From IMG/VR virus record IMGVR_UViG_3300045988_083782: a stretch of 64,000 nucleotides of DNA. One strand, 5' to 3'. The notes beneath the pieces are model-generated. The model saw only the letters and a program-made list of their open reading frames with translations, made no database searches and was not told where the DNA came from. Below, in pieces: positions 20,649-28,919 of this stretch; within the stretch, counting starts at the first letter, position 1; the number at the start of each line of letters is the position of its first letter. The translations under genes and the position numbers were made by a program. The DNA is from a virus.

Positions 20649-22142
20649 TTATTCGGCATACGCGGATTTGTCAACGTAATTAGTAAGACGATTAACCGGC
20701 GCGTTGTACAGTTTACTGATTTCTGCAATCTTGTCTTTCAGGATAGATTCAGAATCACCGTACGCAGCGGATAATTTCTTATAAACGTTGTCGCCATTGA
20801 CGGTTTCAAAGGGCTTTTTGTCCTCGTCTACAATCTGGATTTTCTTTTCCTTCTTGAGAACACCGTCAAGAACGTTCTGCTGCAATCCCAACTTAATATT
20901 ATGAGTTACGATTACTAAGTTATTAGCAACACCTGTTTCAGTTGCTGCAATGTCTAAACGTCCTTTAGCTTTTTCATTCCACGATGCACATTGTTTTTCA
21001 ACATGACGACTGATAAATACTTTTACCAGCTGTGAAATATTTTTATCATCTGCTGTAGGATTCCAAGCCTTCAACAGAGCATGAGGTGCAAGAACAGTAT
21101 GCTCAGAATTGAGACTACCATACATTGCACTGGTTACGGCATCAAGTGCGCCGTTCCAGGAGCTACCAACTTTAAGCATAATGAATGCAAGAATCTGTGC
21201 CGGAAGAGAATCTTCCATGCTATAAGCTACACGACACCATTCAATTGCTTGGTTGATCTTTCCAAATACACTTTTGTTCGTAGTTGACTGAACAAGAATT
21301 GCACGAAGGACCTTCTCCTTCTCTGATTCTTCCATATCCTTATTCGGTTCAGGAATTGCTGCTACCTCTGTACGGGCTCTAGCATCGGCTTTTGCAGCTT
21401 CCTTAACCTCTTTAGGAATGTTAGAACCAGTGAAGTCAATTACCATCTGCTGATCATTCTTTTTGTCAGGCAACGCTTTCAGTTCGATACCCCACATAGC
21501 TTTAGCTTCCTCTTGCAAGGCGTTAAATACATCGCGGTTAACACGAACACCGAACGTTTGCATGTCTGCTTCTACCTGAGCTCCGTACAAAAGGATTTCA
21601 GACATCAACAGACCACGATAGTACGTTTTAGCAGCTTTACGAGCGGGTTCGCTGAGAGTATCGTCTTTGACGAATTCATCTGCAAACATCTTCATCAACG
21701 TAATACCGCTATCATGACTAATGCGGTCATTGCCTCCGGCTTCTAACAGACCCTTACCAATGTCTACCGGTTTGTTTTTAGGATCCTCTACTTTGACTTC
21801 CGGAGCGGGGACTTCAACCTTTGTTTCCTCAGGTTTCACTTCCTCGGCTACAACAGTTTCAACTTTCTCAGCCTTCGGTTTGATATCAACCTTAGGCTTA
21901 TCTTTTGCTGCGGCTTTTTCCTGTTTTTTATCTTTTGCTTTCTCAGCCTTCGGTTTCTCTATTTTCGGAGTTTCCGGAGCTGGAGTTGGTGCCGGCGTAG
22001 GAGCAGGCTCTTCTACAGGTTTTTCCACTTTAGTTTCTACTTTTGTAGTTTCTACTTTATTAGTAGGTTCAGCTGTTGCTACTTTAGTTGCATTTGCTTT
22101 CTTAGCAGCTAATGTTGCTGCTTTCTTTCTGTTCTTAGACAT
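20649..22142 (-). CDS. protein with a Lys/Ala/Pro/Glu-rich low-complexity N-terminal third
   Basis: 497-aa ORF with APTPAPTPAPE and repeated KPKAEK/KVE units, followed by a globular C-terminal part. Confidence 0.55.
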   Translation of the reverse strand: MSKNRKKAATLAAKKANATKVATAEPTNKVETTKVETKVEKPVEEPAPTPAPTPAPETPKIEKPKAEKAKDKKQEKAAAKDKPKVDIKPKAEKVETVVAEEVKPEETKVEVPAPEVKVEDPKNKPVDIGKGLLEAGGNDRISHDSGITLMKMFADEFVKDDTLSEPARKAAKTYYRGLLMSEILLYGAQVEADMQTFGVRVNRDVFNALQEEAKAMWGIELKALPDKKNDQQMVIDFTGSNIPKEVKEAAKADARARTEVAAIPEPNKDMEESEKEKVLRAILVQSTTNKSVFGKINQAIEWCRVAYSMEDSLPAQILAFIMLKVGSSWNGALDAVTSAMYGSLNSEHTVLAPHALLKAWNPTADDKNISQLVKVFISRHVEKQCASWNEKAKGRLDIAATETGVANNLVIVTHNIKLGLQQNVLDGVLKKEKKIQIVDEDKKPFETVNGDNVYKKLSAAYGDSESILKDKIAEISKLYNAPVNRLTNYVDKSAYAE

Positions 22143-22170
22143 TTTGATAATGTTTTTTAAATTGTTAATT
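22143..22170 (-). promoter_or_regulatory. recurrent early-gene leader motif
   Basis: Plus strand after CAT: TTTGATAATGTTTTTTAAATTGTTAATT. Confidence 0.35.
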
Positions 22171-22213
22171 ACTCTAGTTATTTAAATGATGTTGCCCGTA
22201 TTTATAAATACAT

Positions 22214-22609
22214 TCAACTATCATCTATATAACCACATTTTTCTCTCACTGTAGGTAATCCTTCTGTTTCAGCGATAGAGTTGTCACTTTCTAATAATAT
22301 AGGCTCCTGACTCACAGAGTCTTGTTCAGCTAATTCTGCATTCCATACAACGGATGTAGAATTACTCTGTGTGGGATGATTAGAAATCTCTACTGCTACT
22401 ACAGCTTTCTCAGGAGTTTCCATTAATTTCTTAATGTGTTTTACTCCTGCACCTACAACTAAGCCTAATACTAGTAACATAATAGCTCTAGTAAAGACTT
22501 TTGGGTCCTTCATGCACATCGCGATTACATAAAGAACGACTATTGCAAAGAGCAATAATCCAACTACATTTGCCATAATTTGTAAGTATTGGTTATTTAT
22601 AATCTTCAA
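22214..22609 (-). CDS. membrane protein, candidate anti-sigma factor
   Basis: Two hydrophobic segments. It overlaps the 3' end of the sigma factor gene by 17 nt, the usual sigma/anti-sigma arrangement. Confidence 0.4.
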   Translation of the reverse strand: MKIINNQYLQIMANVVGLLLFAIVVLYVIAMCMKDPKVFTRAIMLLVLGLVVGAGVKHIKKLMETPEKAVVAVEISNHPTQSNSTSVVWNAELAEQDSVSQEPILLESDNSIAETEGLPTVREKCGYIDDS

Positions 22610-23144
22610 AAAGTTGTCTTAGTTTTGCTCTTGCCTTATTGAGACACGTTTTCACGGTTGCCTCAGGAATAGCAAGCTCTTCGGATATTTGATGGTAAGA
22701 CTTCCCATCTAGGCGAGCATAGATAAGATCCCTATACTTCTTACGAAGCAATGGAATACATTTCATAATAACTTCTACATTCTGACTTAAAATCATCTGT
22801 TCTTCAGGGCTCTTTGTATTAGAATCAAGTTGACCAGTATATTCATCATCATCAATATAGTTGTTAAGTTGCTCTTTTTTAGTTCTTCTTATATAGTCAA
22901 TTGAAGTATTAACAGCAATTGTTTTTAACCACATTTCAAATGAAATATGACTTACATAAGTTTGAAGCTTCTCGTAAACCTTTGTAAATACTACTGATGT
23001 TAAATCATCTGCTACATCACTGTTTTTAACAATGTTATAAATAGTAAACCAAATAGTTTTATTATACTTTTGATATAACTTTGAGAATGCTTTCTCAGAA
23101 CCGTCTCTAGCTTGCTCTACTAAAAGTTTTTCTTCCTCTTTCAT
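22593..23144 (-). CDS. ECF-type sigma-70 family RNA polymerase sigma factor
   Basis: Region 2: LVEQARDGSEKAFSKLYQKY...DLTSVVFTKVYEKL...WLKTIAVNTSIDYIRR. Region 4 HTH: SYHQISEELAIPEATVKTCLNKARAKLR. Confidence 0.75.
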   Translation of the reverse strand: MKEEEKLLVEQARDGSEKAFSKLYQKYNKTIWFTIYNIVKNSDVADDLTSVVFTKVYEKLQTYVSHISFEMWLKTIAVNTSIDYIRRTKKEQLNNYIDDDEYTGQLDSNTKSPEEQMILSQNVEVIMKCIPLLRKKYRDLIYARLDGKSYHQISEELAIPEATVKTCLNKARAKLRQLFEDYK

Positions 23145-23163
23145 AGTGCTAGATTATAGTGAT

Positions 23164-23187
23164 ATGCGGTCAACCCAATGACCGCAT
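23164..23187 (-). terminator. intergenic hairpin
   Basis: ATGCGGTCA ACCCAA TGACCGCAT between genes 23144 and 23194. Confidence 0.4.
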
Positions 23188-23193
23188 ACCGTA

Positions 23194-23712
23194 TTAGAAT
23201 GGTACTTTCTCGATGTTATCGATTCTCCACTCTGTAATTGCTCTCTTGCGGGCCCAATATAAATCTTGGATCCATTTACCGTATAGGAGCAATGTAGATT
23301 TGTCAATTGACTCTACAGACATAATCATACTATATCCAATTCGTAATCGAACTACTTCTGTCTTACTTTGCGTAGCAATAGTAGATAACATATAGTTGAA
23401 TAAGTTTCTTTCGAGCCAATCAATAATGTACTTAATAGTACGATTATTGCGACAAGTTAAATTAAGACCTGCAAGCAATGCACCGTCACCATTATTAACA
23501 TGCATAAGTCCATACCATGTTTCTCCCTCTTTCCATCTGCCAGTAAATACTGGAAATGGTGTTACTGTATTTTGGTCAATAACAATAGGTACACTAGCTG
23601 GATAATACTGACATTCTGCATTCAAGCGCTTGTTAATTTCTTTCTTTAACTCGTCAAAAGTAATTTGAGTATCTTTATACATACACAAATTTGGAGGTAC
23701 TTCTGTATTCAT
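23194..23712 (-). CDS. hypothetical protein
   Basis: 172-aa ORF. Confidence 0.5.
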   Translation of the reverse strand: MNTEVPPNLCMYKDTQITFDELKKEINKRLNAECQYYPASVPIVIDQNTVTPFPVFTGRWKEGETWYGLMHVNNGDGALLAGLNLTCRNNRTIKYIIDWLERNLFNYMLSTIATQSKTEVVRLRIGYSMIMSVESIDKSTLLLYGKWIQDLYWARKRAITEWRIDNIEKVPF

Positions 23713-24167
23713 TATTGTGCCATTTTAGTACGACGTATAATTTCCTTCAAAATAGTACCTACCTGCGACTTAGAATACCTTGTATTCTTAAGTAGATAGA
23801 TTGTGAATTTTGGTTCCCAATTGTCTTTATACAAAGACAAATATTCTTTGTATGTGCTAACCCATTCGTTGAATTGTTTGTCACTATACTCGACATTCTT
23901 GTTAACCTCTTTCTCAAATCCAGACTTTTCGATTGATTCGCTGATACTGGGTAATTCGTAGATATAATCATTAGGATTACAAATAATATCCTGAATTTCA
24001 GGATCATTTGGACCTAATACTACAACTTCACCACTTGGAGATGCCATTTTATTCAATAGCACTCCGCTCACAATGTTTAACATCGGAGCAGTTCCGACTA
24101 CACGGATTAATACGTTTGTTGTTGCTCCTTGAGCAATATACAAACCTGCTTTTGTTAATTCGACCAT
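23712..24167 (-). CDS. hypothetical protein
   Basis: 151-aa ORF; stop and start overlap with the next gene. Confidence 0.5.
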   Translation of the reverse strand: MVELTKAGLYIAQGATTNVLIRVVGTAPMLNIVSGVLLNKMASPSGEVVVLGPNDPEIQDIICNPNDYIYELPSISESIEKSGFEKEVNKNVEYSDKQFNEWVSTYKEYLSLYKDNWEPKFTIYLLKNTRYSKSQVGTILKEIIRRTKMAQ

Positions 24168-24170
24168 ATT

Positions 24171-24368
24171 TTACTCTTTATAGAATTGATTTGCTACAAA
24201 TAACGCATCATTCATTGACAAATTGAATTTGTCTTTAACTTTAGTTGCAAACGATGTTTTACTAGAACTTGATTGCATTAGTTCAAGCATCTTTTCCTTT
24301 GCACCTGGAGTATTGAATCTCACCCAACGAGTGACTTCAATTGCTGGCTTTTGTGTATTTACTTCCAT
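24171..24368 (-). CDS. hypothetical protein
   Basis: 65-aa ORF. Confidence 0.4.
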   Translation of the reverse strand: MEVNTQKPAIEVTRWVRFNTPGAKEKMLELMQSSSSKTSFATKVKDKFNLSMNDALFVANQFYKE

Positions 24369-24649
24369 TTCTGTTGATTTTCTAAAATAGTATTATATAC
24401 TTCATTCCATTTACTATAATCAGGGTCATTTGGACTGAATAAAGTTAGAAATCCAGTATTCTCAAATAAGTGCACTATTCGAGCTACAGAATGTCTGTGC
24501 ATATTCTTGGCAGCACTTTTCTTGCGCCATTCATATGGTACAAACCTAGTATACACATAATTAACAAACTTTGTCAACACTCTGTGTTGACGTAGAGCAA
24601 TATACCATTCTGATGGCATACGATCTTTAATTGCGTCTTTTACACCCAT
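24359..24649 (-). CDS. hypothetical protein, distant member of the MPY..LH..L / W.N small-protein family
   Basis: 96-aa ORF. MPSEWYIALRQHRVLTKFVNYV resembles the N-termini of 29187-29480 and 29477-29761. Confidence 0.45.
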   Translation of the reverse strand: MGVKDAIKDRMPSEWYIALRQHRVLTKFVNYVYTRFVPYEWRKKSAAKNMHRHSVARIVHLFENTGFLTLFSPNDPDYSKWNEVYNTILENQQKWK

Positions 24650-24704
24650 ACGCTTTTCATTTTTATTGATTAAAAATTTAATAATACTTTATAGATCAAA
24701 TAGG

Positions 24705-24929
24705 TCATAAATTTACTGCTCTTCTGCTGACATTAGAAATTATTTCATAAGCTATAAAGGGAGAAATCATCCCTATTCCGTGCAATCTATGAATTTCTTT
24801 TTTAATATCGCAAAGTAATGATAAATCGTCTATAGTGTTACAATAACTATTACTAATACAGCTCATTGCTTTACTAGTAAGATCTCCTTGTCTATATTTC
24901 TTACCATGTTTTTTCTTACCTCTTGCCAT
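24705..24929 (-). CDS. hypothetical protein
   Basis: 74-aa ORF with a basic N-terminus. Confidence 0.4.
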   Translation of the reverse strand: MARGKKKHGKKYRQGDLTSKAMSCISNSYCNTIDDLSLLCDIKKEIHRLHGIGMISPFIAYEIISNVSRRAVNL

Positions 24930-24930
24930 A

Positions 24931-25023
24931 TTACATATGATTTAGTAAATCAGTAATGATATACCATTCAATGAATATAACAATACCTAAAAACAGTAAG
25001 ATAAGATATTGATACCATTTCAT
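24931..25023 (-). CDS. 30-aa hydrophobic peptide (tentative)
   Basis: MKWYQYLILLFLGIVIFIEWYIITDLLNHM, ATG to TAA, immediately upstream of gene 24929. Confidence 0.3.
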   Translation of the reverse strand: MKWYQYLILLFLGIVIFIEWYIITDLLNHM

Positions 25024-25060
25024 AGTTTCTGTATTATTATGATTTAACAAGTTAAAGGAA

Positions 25061-25126
25061 GGACAAAGGGTGGGATTCGAACCCACCATCTCTATTTCTA
25101 GCGTATTACCACAATACTACTTTGTC
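25061..25126 (-). ncRNA. 66-nt tRNA-like RNA with no anticodon loop
   Basis: GACAAAG TA GTAT-TGTGGTA-ATAC G CTA-GAAA-TAG AGAT GGTGGG-TTCGAAT-CCCACC CTTTGTC C. Acceptor stem, D-arm with GG and T-arm are intact. The anticodon arm is a 3-bp stem capped by a GAAA tetraloop. Confidence 0.45.
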
Positions 25127-25440
25127 TTATTAAGTTCTAATATTTTACAGGGTCGAGAGCTTACAACAACACCTAACCAATTTATTACACGCAGGGATAT
25201 GACGTGGCTTTTTACGGCATTAGCTTAGCCGTTTGACTATTCTCAAGCACTCAGGCGAGTATAGTCAGATACGAAAGTTTTGCCAGTTATTGGCTTTATT
25301 GACCTATTCATTCTCTTCTTATCGCTGTCAAAAACCATAATGCCCCAGGTTTATACCGTTCAAAGATTTAAGAACTTGAAGCACGGTATCACACTATCAA
25401 AAACTCTAGTTCTATTTCCTTAGTAGCTTTTAATAAAGCG

Positions 25441-25553
25441 TGGAGCATGAGGGGGTCGAACCCTCGTCCAAACGACGAATCAAATGACCTAACAGTCAAT
25501 GTGAATAGGCAGTTAACCAAAACTACCTACTCTAATATAAACAAATACTCTCC
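25441..25553 (-). ncRNA. long tRNA-like element (113 nt)
   Basis: 5' GGAGAGT ... GAGGG TTCGACC CCCTC ATGCTCC A 3'. The acceptor pairs at 6 of 7 positions (one of them G-U, one A.G mismatch). The T-arm is canonical and the interior is unresolved. Confidence 0.3.
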
Positions 25554-25959
25554 TTGTTACATATGTTAGTCCAAAAAATTATTAATTAGGGGCACATGTA
25601 ACTCGCACAAAGCATAGATAATATTCATTTAAGATTTTGAAAATTCTGTCTGTATACGGCGCTCAGAATCCTACTCAAGAGCAGAAGAGCTATACTCGTA
25701 AGGGTACAAAGACCACTCAGACTCAAATTGATTTTGTGCTCCTTTATCGTCATTAGACTAGTATCAGATAATCTCTTATCATACGTAGTACAAGACCATT
25801 GTATTCGATACAAAAAGCGCACATGGCAAATTTTTCTTTACTTACTCTTAGTAGATATATATCTACACATGCTGTTAATTCAGCTAATCCTAGGATAACT
25901 ATGTCTATTTTGGACTTATTGACACTGCCTGCTGATCTCGTTCAATCCAATTCAGATAA

Positions 25960-25982
25960 GTAGCCTCTACAAGAGAGGCTAC
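25960..25982 (-). terminator. 9-bp hairpin downstream of gene 26011-26484
   Basis: GTAGCCTCT ACAAG AGAGGCTAC. Confidence 0.45.
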
Positions 25983-26010
25983 TCGAGTATTTTAATGTAA
26001 ATAGTTAATG

Positions 26011-26484
26011 TTACCAGTATAATCCGGCAGCATTACAATAGCTTTCACCTTTCGGGTAAGCTTTGTTGAGATTACGAATCTCAGAACGTCTTTGTTCACA
26101 AAGTTCAGACGCTTCTTTCTCTTTCTGTTCACGGAATGACATCAGTTTCTTACGGTGTTCTTCCGTATCCTTGTCACCGGCAGCATACGCGCGATTTTCC
26201 TCAGTTTGCAGTTTCAGATACTTGACTTCAAGCTCACCTGTTTTTCTCTTGTAACGAGCCTCGATGGCTGTACGACTCTGTGAGTATTCATCAATAATAA
26301 GCTGACGTTTTGCTTCATCTTTAGCAAGCTGTTCACGTTCTGTAGCCATCTCCTGTTTTGCAGCTTCTACTGCATTCTTTGAAGGTGATTTGAACGAATC
26401 TGCTGCGCCGCAAAAAGTTTCAGGGTTAAATTCTTCACACAACAACACTGTTGTCATTAGACAGAAAGATAAATTTGTTTTCAT
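26011..26484 (-). CDS. secreted coiled-coil protein (possible lipoprotein)
   Basis: Hydrophobic N-terminus ending in LLC, followed by a charged helical sequence. Confidence 0.5.
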   Translation of the reverse strand: MKTNLSFCLMTTVLLCEEFNPETFCGAADSFKSPSKNAVEAAKQEMATEREQLAKDEAKRQLIIDEYSQSRTAIEARYKRKTGELEVKYLKLQTEENRAYAAGDKDTEEHRKKLMSFREQKEKEASELCEQRRSEIRNLNKAYPKGESYCNAAGLYW

Positions 26485-26511
26485 ACTTTGATAGTTTTTA
26501 ATTGTTAATAA
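26485..26511 (-). promoter_or_regulatory. recurrent early-gene leader motif
   Basis: Plus strand after CAT: ACTTTGATAGTTTTTAATTGTTAATAA. Confidence 0.35.
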
Positions 26512-26908
26512 TATAGTTATTTAAACGAAATTCAAAAAGAAGACTACTCTACTTATTTCTAATACTTATTCGTAGATAACCCTTTTCCTTCTCCTGACCC
26601 TATTATAGGGTTGACCGTTGTATAGTCCATAGTACTCTAGCTCACGCTTGTGGCTTCCTTTAGGGGTTTGGTATATTTGTAGTCTTCGGGGGACTGGTTC
26701 ACCATTTACTAACATTTAGTTGAGTAAAAAACCTACAGTCTATCTGGCGGAAATCCTGTAGTTCAAAAATTGTAAACTGTAATCCGATCATTGATTGCAA
26801 TTCTGCAAAGCACTTCTACGGTCATACGGATCCATTTTACGGATCTTTTTAGTTGAACGTTTTCGTGCCTGAGCTTTCTGAGAAAGCTTTGAGCCTGGAT
26901 ATGAGTCC

Positions 26909-27334
26909 TTAAAGGTTTTTCCCATTTTTGTCAGTAGTAAGAATCGTTAATAATCCTTTTGCCAATTTACTGTAATAAGCACCATGTAAGTCCATACCTA
27001 TAACATGATCTCTTTTAGACATTGGTCCTGTGGCAAGTGCTTGCAGTATAGGCATCTCAATCAGATTACTGGTAACACATTCTAGAAATCTGTTTGTGAT
27101 GTCTGCACTGTGAAAATCAATCAATTCATTGACTGCTTTCAAAGCTTTGATAAACTTACTGTCTTCAATGTCTGTGCAAGCTCTTACACATTCACCTCCT
27201 GGCAGTAAATCTTCATCACTTAGTACATTAATACCAATTGTACTGACATTTAGCATTTCTGCTAATTTAGCCCCAAGCTCTGTTACTTGGTCTTCGCTAA
27301 TCCTGTTAGGAACAGCAATAATAATTAATTCCAT
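26909..27334 (-). CDS. hypothetical protein
   Basis: ORF 26909-27394; start set at MELIIIAVPN (27334) to avoid overlapping the upstream gene. The leader motif precedes it. Confidence 0.5.
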   Translation of the reverse strand: MELIIIAVPNRISEDQVTELGAKLAEMLNVSTIGINVLSDEDLLPGGECVRACTDIEDSKFIKALKAVNELIDFHSADITNRFLECVTSNLIEMPILQALATGPMSKRDHVIGMDLHGAYYSKLAKGLLTILTTDKNGKNL

Positions 27335-27357
27335 TTTGATAATGTAATTTAAGTTAT
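27335..27357 (-). promoter_or_regulatory. recurrent early-gene leader motif
   Basis: Plus strand after CAT: TTTGATAATGTAATTTAAGTTAT. Confidence 0.3.
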
Positions 27358-27594
27358 TTACTTGGAAATATTCTTTCCGATTTGATGCACACAATACTCG
27401 TGTTCATGATATTTCTGATGACAACGAGTGCAGTAAATTCTCTGCTTTAACTTCTTTCCATCAACATTCTCAGGATCAAAGTCATTAATCCAAGCATGAC
27501 CATGCCTTGCACAGTATGCTTCTTTACTTTTCTGAATACTAAAATAAGATTTAATCCATTTCAGTACAGATTTTAATTTGTTTGGTTTATCCAT
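27358..27594 (-). CDS. small Cys/His-rich (zinc-binding?) protein
   Basis: CARHGH...CTRCHQKYHEHEYCVH. Confidence 0.45.
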   Translation of the reverse strand: MDKPNKLKSVLKWIKSYFSIQKSKEAYCARHGHAWINDFDPENVDGKKLKQRIYCTRCHQKYHEHEYCVHQIGKNISK

Positions 27595-27627
27595 TTTACA
27601 TAATATTTAAAATTTTAATGTTAATAC
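27595..27627 (-). promoter_or_regulatory. recurrent early-gene leader motif (variant)
   Basis: Plus strand after CAT: TTTACATAATATTTAAAATTTTAATGTTAATAC. Confidence 0.3.
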
Positions 27628-27980
27628 TAATTTGATGACGTCTACTATTCTGCACCATAGTAGAATGTTAATAAAGACAACTCTTTGTCTTGGTATTATG
27701 CAGATACCACGTTTGCTACATACACTAACTTATTAAGCATGAAATCTTGTAACTAATTAATCTTAACTCCCACTAAGCACTTTTAAAGTTATGCAGAAAT
27801 CACGTGGAAATGAAATCTTACTAACTACCTGATTTTTACGTCCGCACGATCATAAGTATAGATGTAATAACTCTTTGCACGTCACGATACATCTACGTGA
27901 ACAGTGACTGATCTGAGTTTCTAATATACTTACTTACGCCCCACAGGTTTGTCATTTTCTGATGATTTAAAGTAATTTAA

Positions 27981-28000
27981 AGAGAGATCGCTATCTCTCT
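27981..28000 (-). terminator. 8-bp hairpin downstream of gene 28008-28409
   Basis: AGAGAGAT CGCT ATCTCTCT, followed on the minus strand by a T-rich tract. Confidence 0.45.
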
Positions 28001-28007
28001 TATGAAC

Positions 28008-28409
28008 TTAGAAATTTAAGCGAATATTATCCGCAAATCTATCGTCTTGTCCAATTATCCAATCACGGATTGTGTGAAATTCTTCAACAGTAACCCACTT
28101 ATTTAATATACATGGAGCACTGCCTACAGCATCTTTAGCTTCTTCTAATCCTAAGCCAAATGCATCTCGTATTAGTTTAACAAAGACTATTCTATCACAC
28201 TTTGGTGGAATAATAAGTACTTTATACTTGACATTACTAGATGATGAATTAGAATCTTTTTTGTTCTTTGTTTTTATAAGAGTACCAATAAACTCTGATG
28301 AACCGTAACCTTCAATTTTATCTAGATTGTCTAAAGCAGTAATAAGCATATCTAATGTTATGCCTTCTTTATGCAACTGTTCAAGTGCATATCTTGTAAT
28401 TATATCCAT
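28008..28409 (-). CDS. protein with ribosomal protein bL12 (L7/L12) C-terminal-domain-like region
   Basis: RIVFVKLIRDAFGLGLEEAKDAVGSAPCILNKWVTVEEFHTIRDWI aligns by eye with E. coli bL12 [46 protein letters not shown]. Confidence 0.65.
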   Translation of the reverse strand: MDIITRYALEQLHKEGITLDMLITALDNLDKIEGYGSSEFIGTLIKTKNKKDSNSSSSNVKYKVLIIPPKCDRIVFVKLIRDAFGLGLEEAKDAVGSAPCILNKWVTVEEFHTIRDWIIGQDDRFADNIRLNF

Positions 28410-28433
28410 TTTGATAATGTTTAAAGTTAATAC
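28410..28433 (-). promoter_or_regulatory. recurrent early-gene leader motif
   Basis: Plus strand after CAT: TTTGATAATGTTTAAAGTTAATAC. Confidence 0.35.
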
Positions 28434-28475
28434 TGAATACAGCTATTCTCACGAACCGCTGTATATAATCTGAAC

Positions 28476-28919
28476 TTAATTCAAATGAGCCGAATCTGTT
28501 TTGTGAATTACATTTTTCTGTATTTCCGAGCCCCAGATGACATTCTTATACAAGTCTGGATTAGCTTCATACTCCTGAACAATCTGTTCAATTGTAGATT
28601 CTGTACCAATCTTCATAAGAACTGCAATTAATGCAGCTTCCGGCATAGCCATAAATACTGAGTCTTTCCTTTGCGACTCTTTTGTAAGTTTACGAGCCTC
28701 TAATACCTCCTGTACAGTTGGCATTTTAATAGTGTCTCGTTTAATGACCGGTTCAACAGTCATAACTTCGTCCTGTTCCTGATGGAACATGTTGTTGATT
28801 TTGCGATTTACTTCACCTGATTTTCCCCATTGTAGTCCTAAAAATACAATAGCTCCAATCACGATAATAATAAATGCCCACAAACCTGCCCACTTATATG
28901 GGCTTCTTTTTTCATCCAT
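28476..28919 (-). CDS. membrane-anchored protein
   Basis: Start set at MDEKRSPYKW (28919); transmembrane segment WAGLWAFIIIVIGAIVFLGL. Confidence 0.5.
   Translation of the reverse strand: MDEKRSPYKWAGLWAFIIIVIGAIVFLGLQWGKSGEVNRKINNMFHQEQDEVMTVEPVIKRDTIKMPTVQEVLEARKLTKESQRKDSVFMAMPEAALIAVLMKIGTESTIEQIVQEYEANPDLYKNVIWGSEIQKNVIHKTDSAHLN

Noticed and set aside
21721-22185. 154-aa plus-strand ORF, and also 21081-21287 and 21513-21746.
   Set aside because: These are antisense shadows of the low-complexity gene 20649-22142 and run against the direction of the block.
23759-24007. 82-aa minus-strand ORF nested in 23712-24167.
   Set aside because: It is an alternative frame of a longer, better-positioned ORF.
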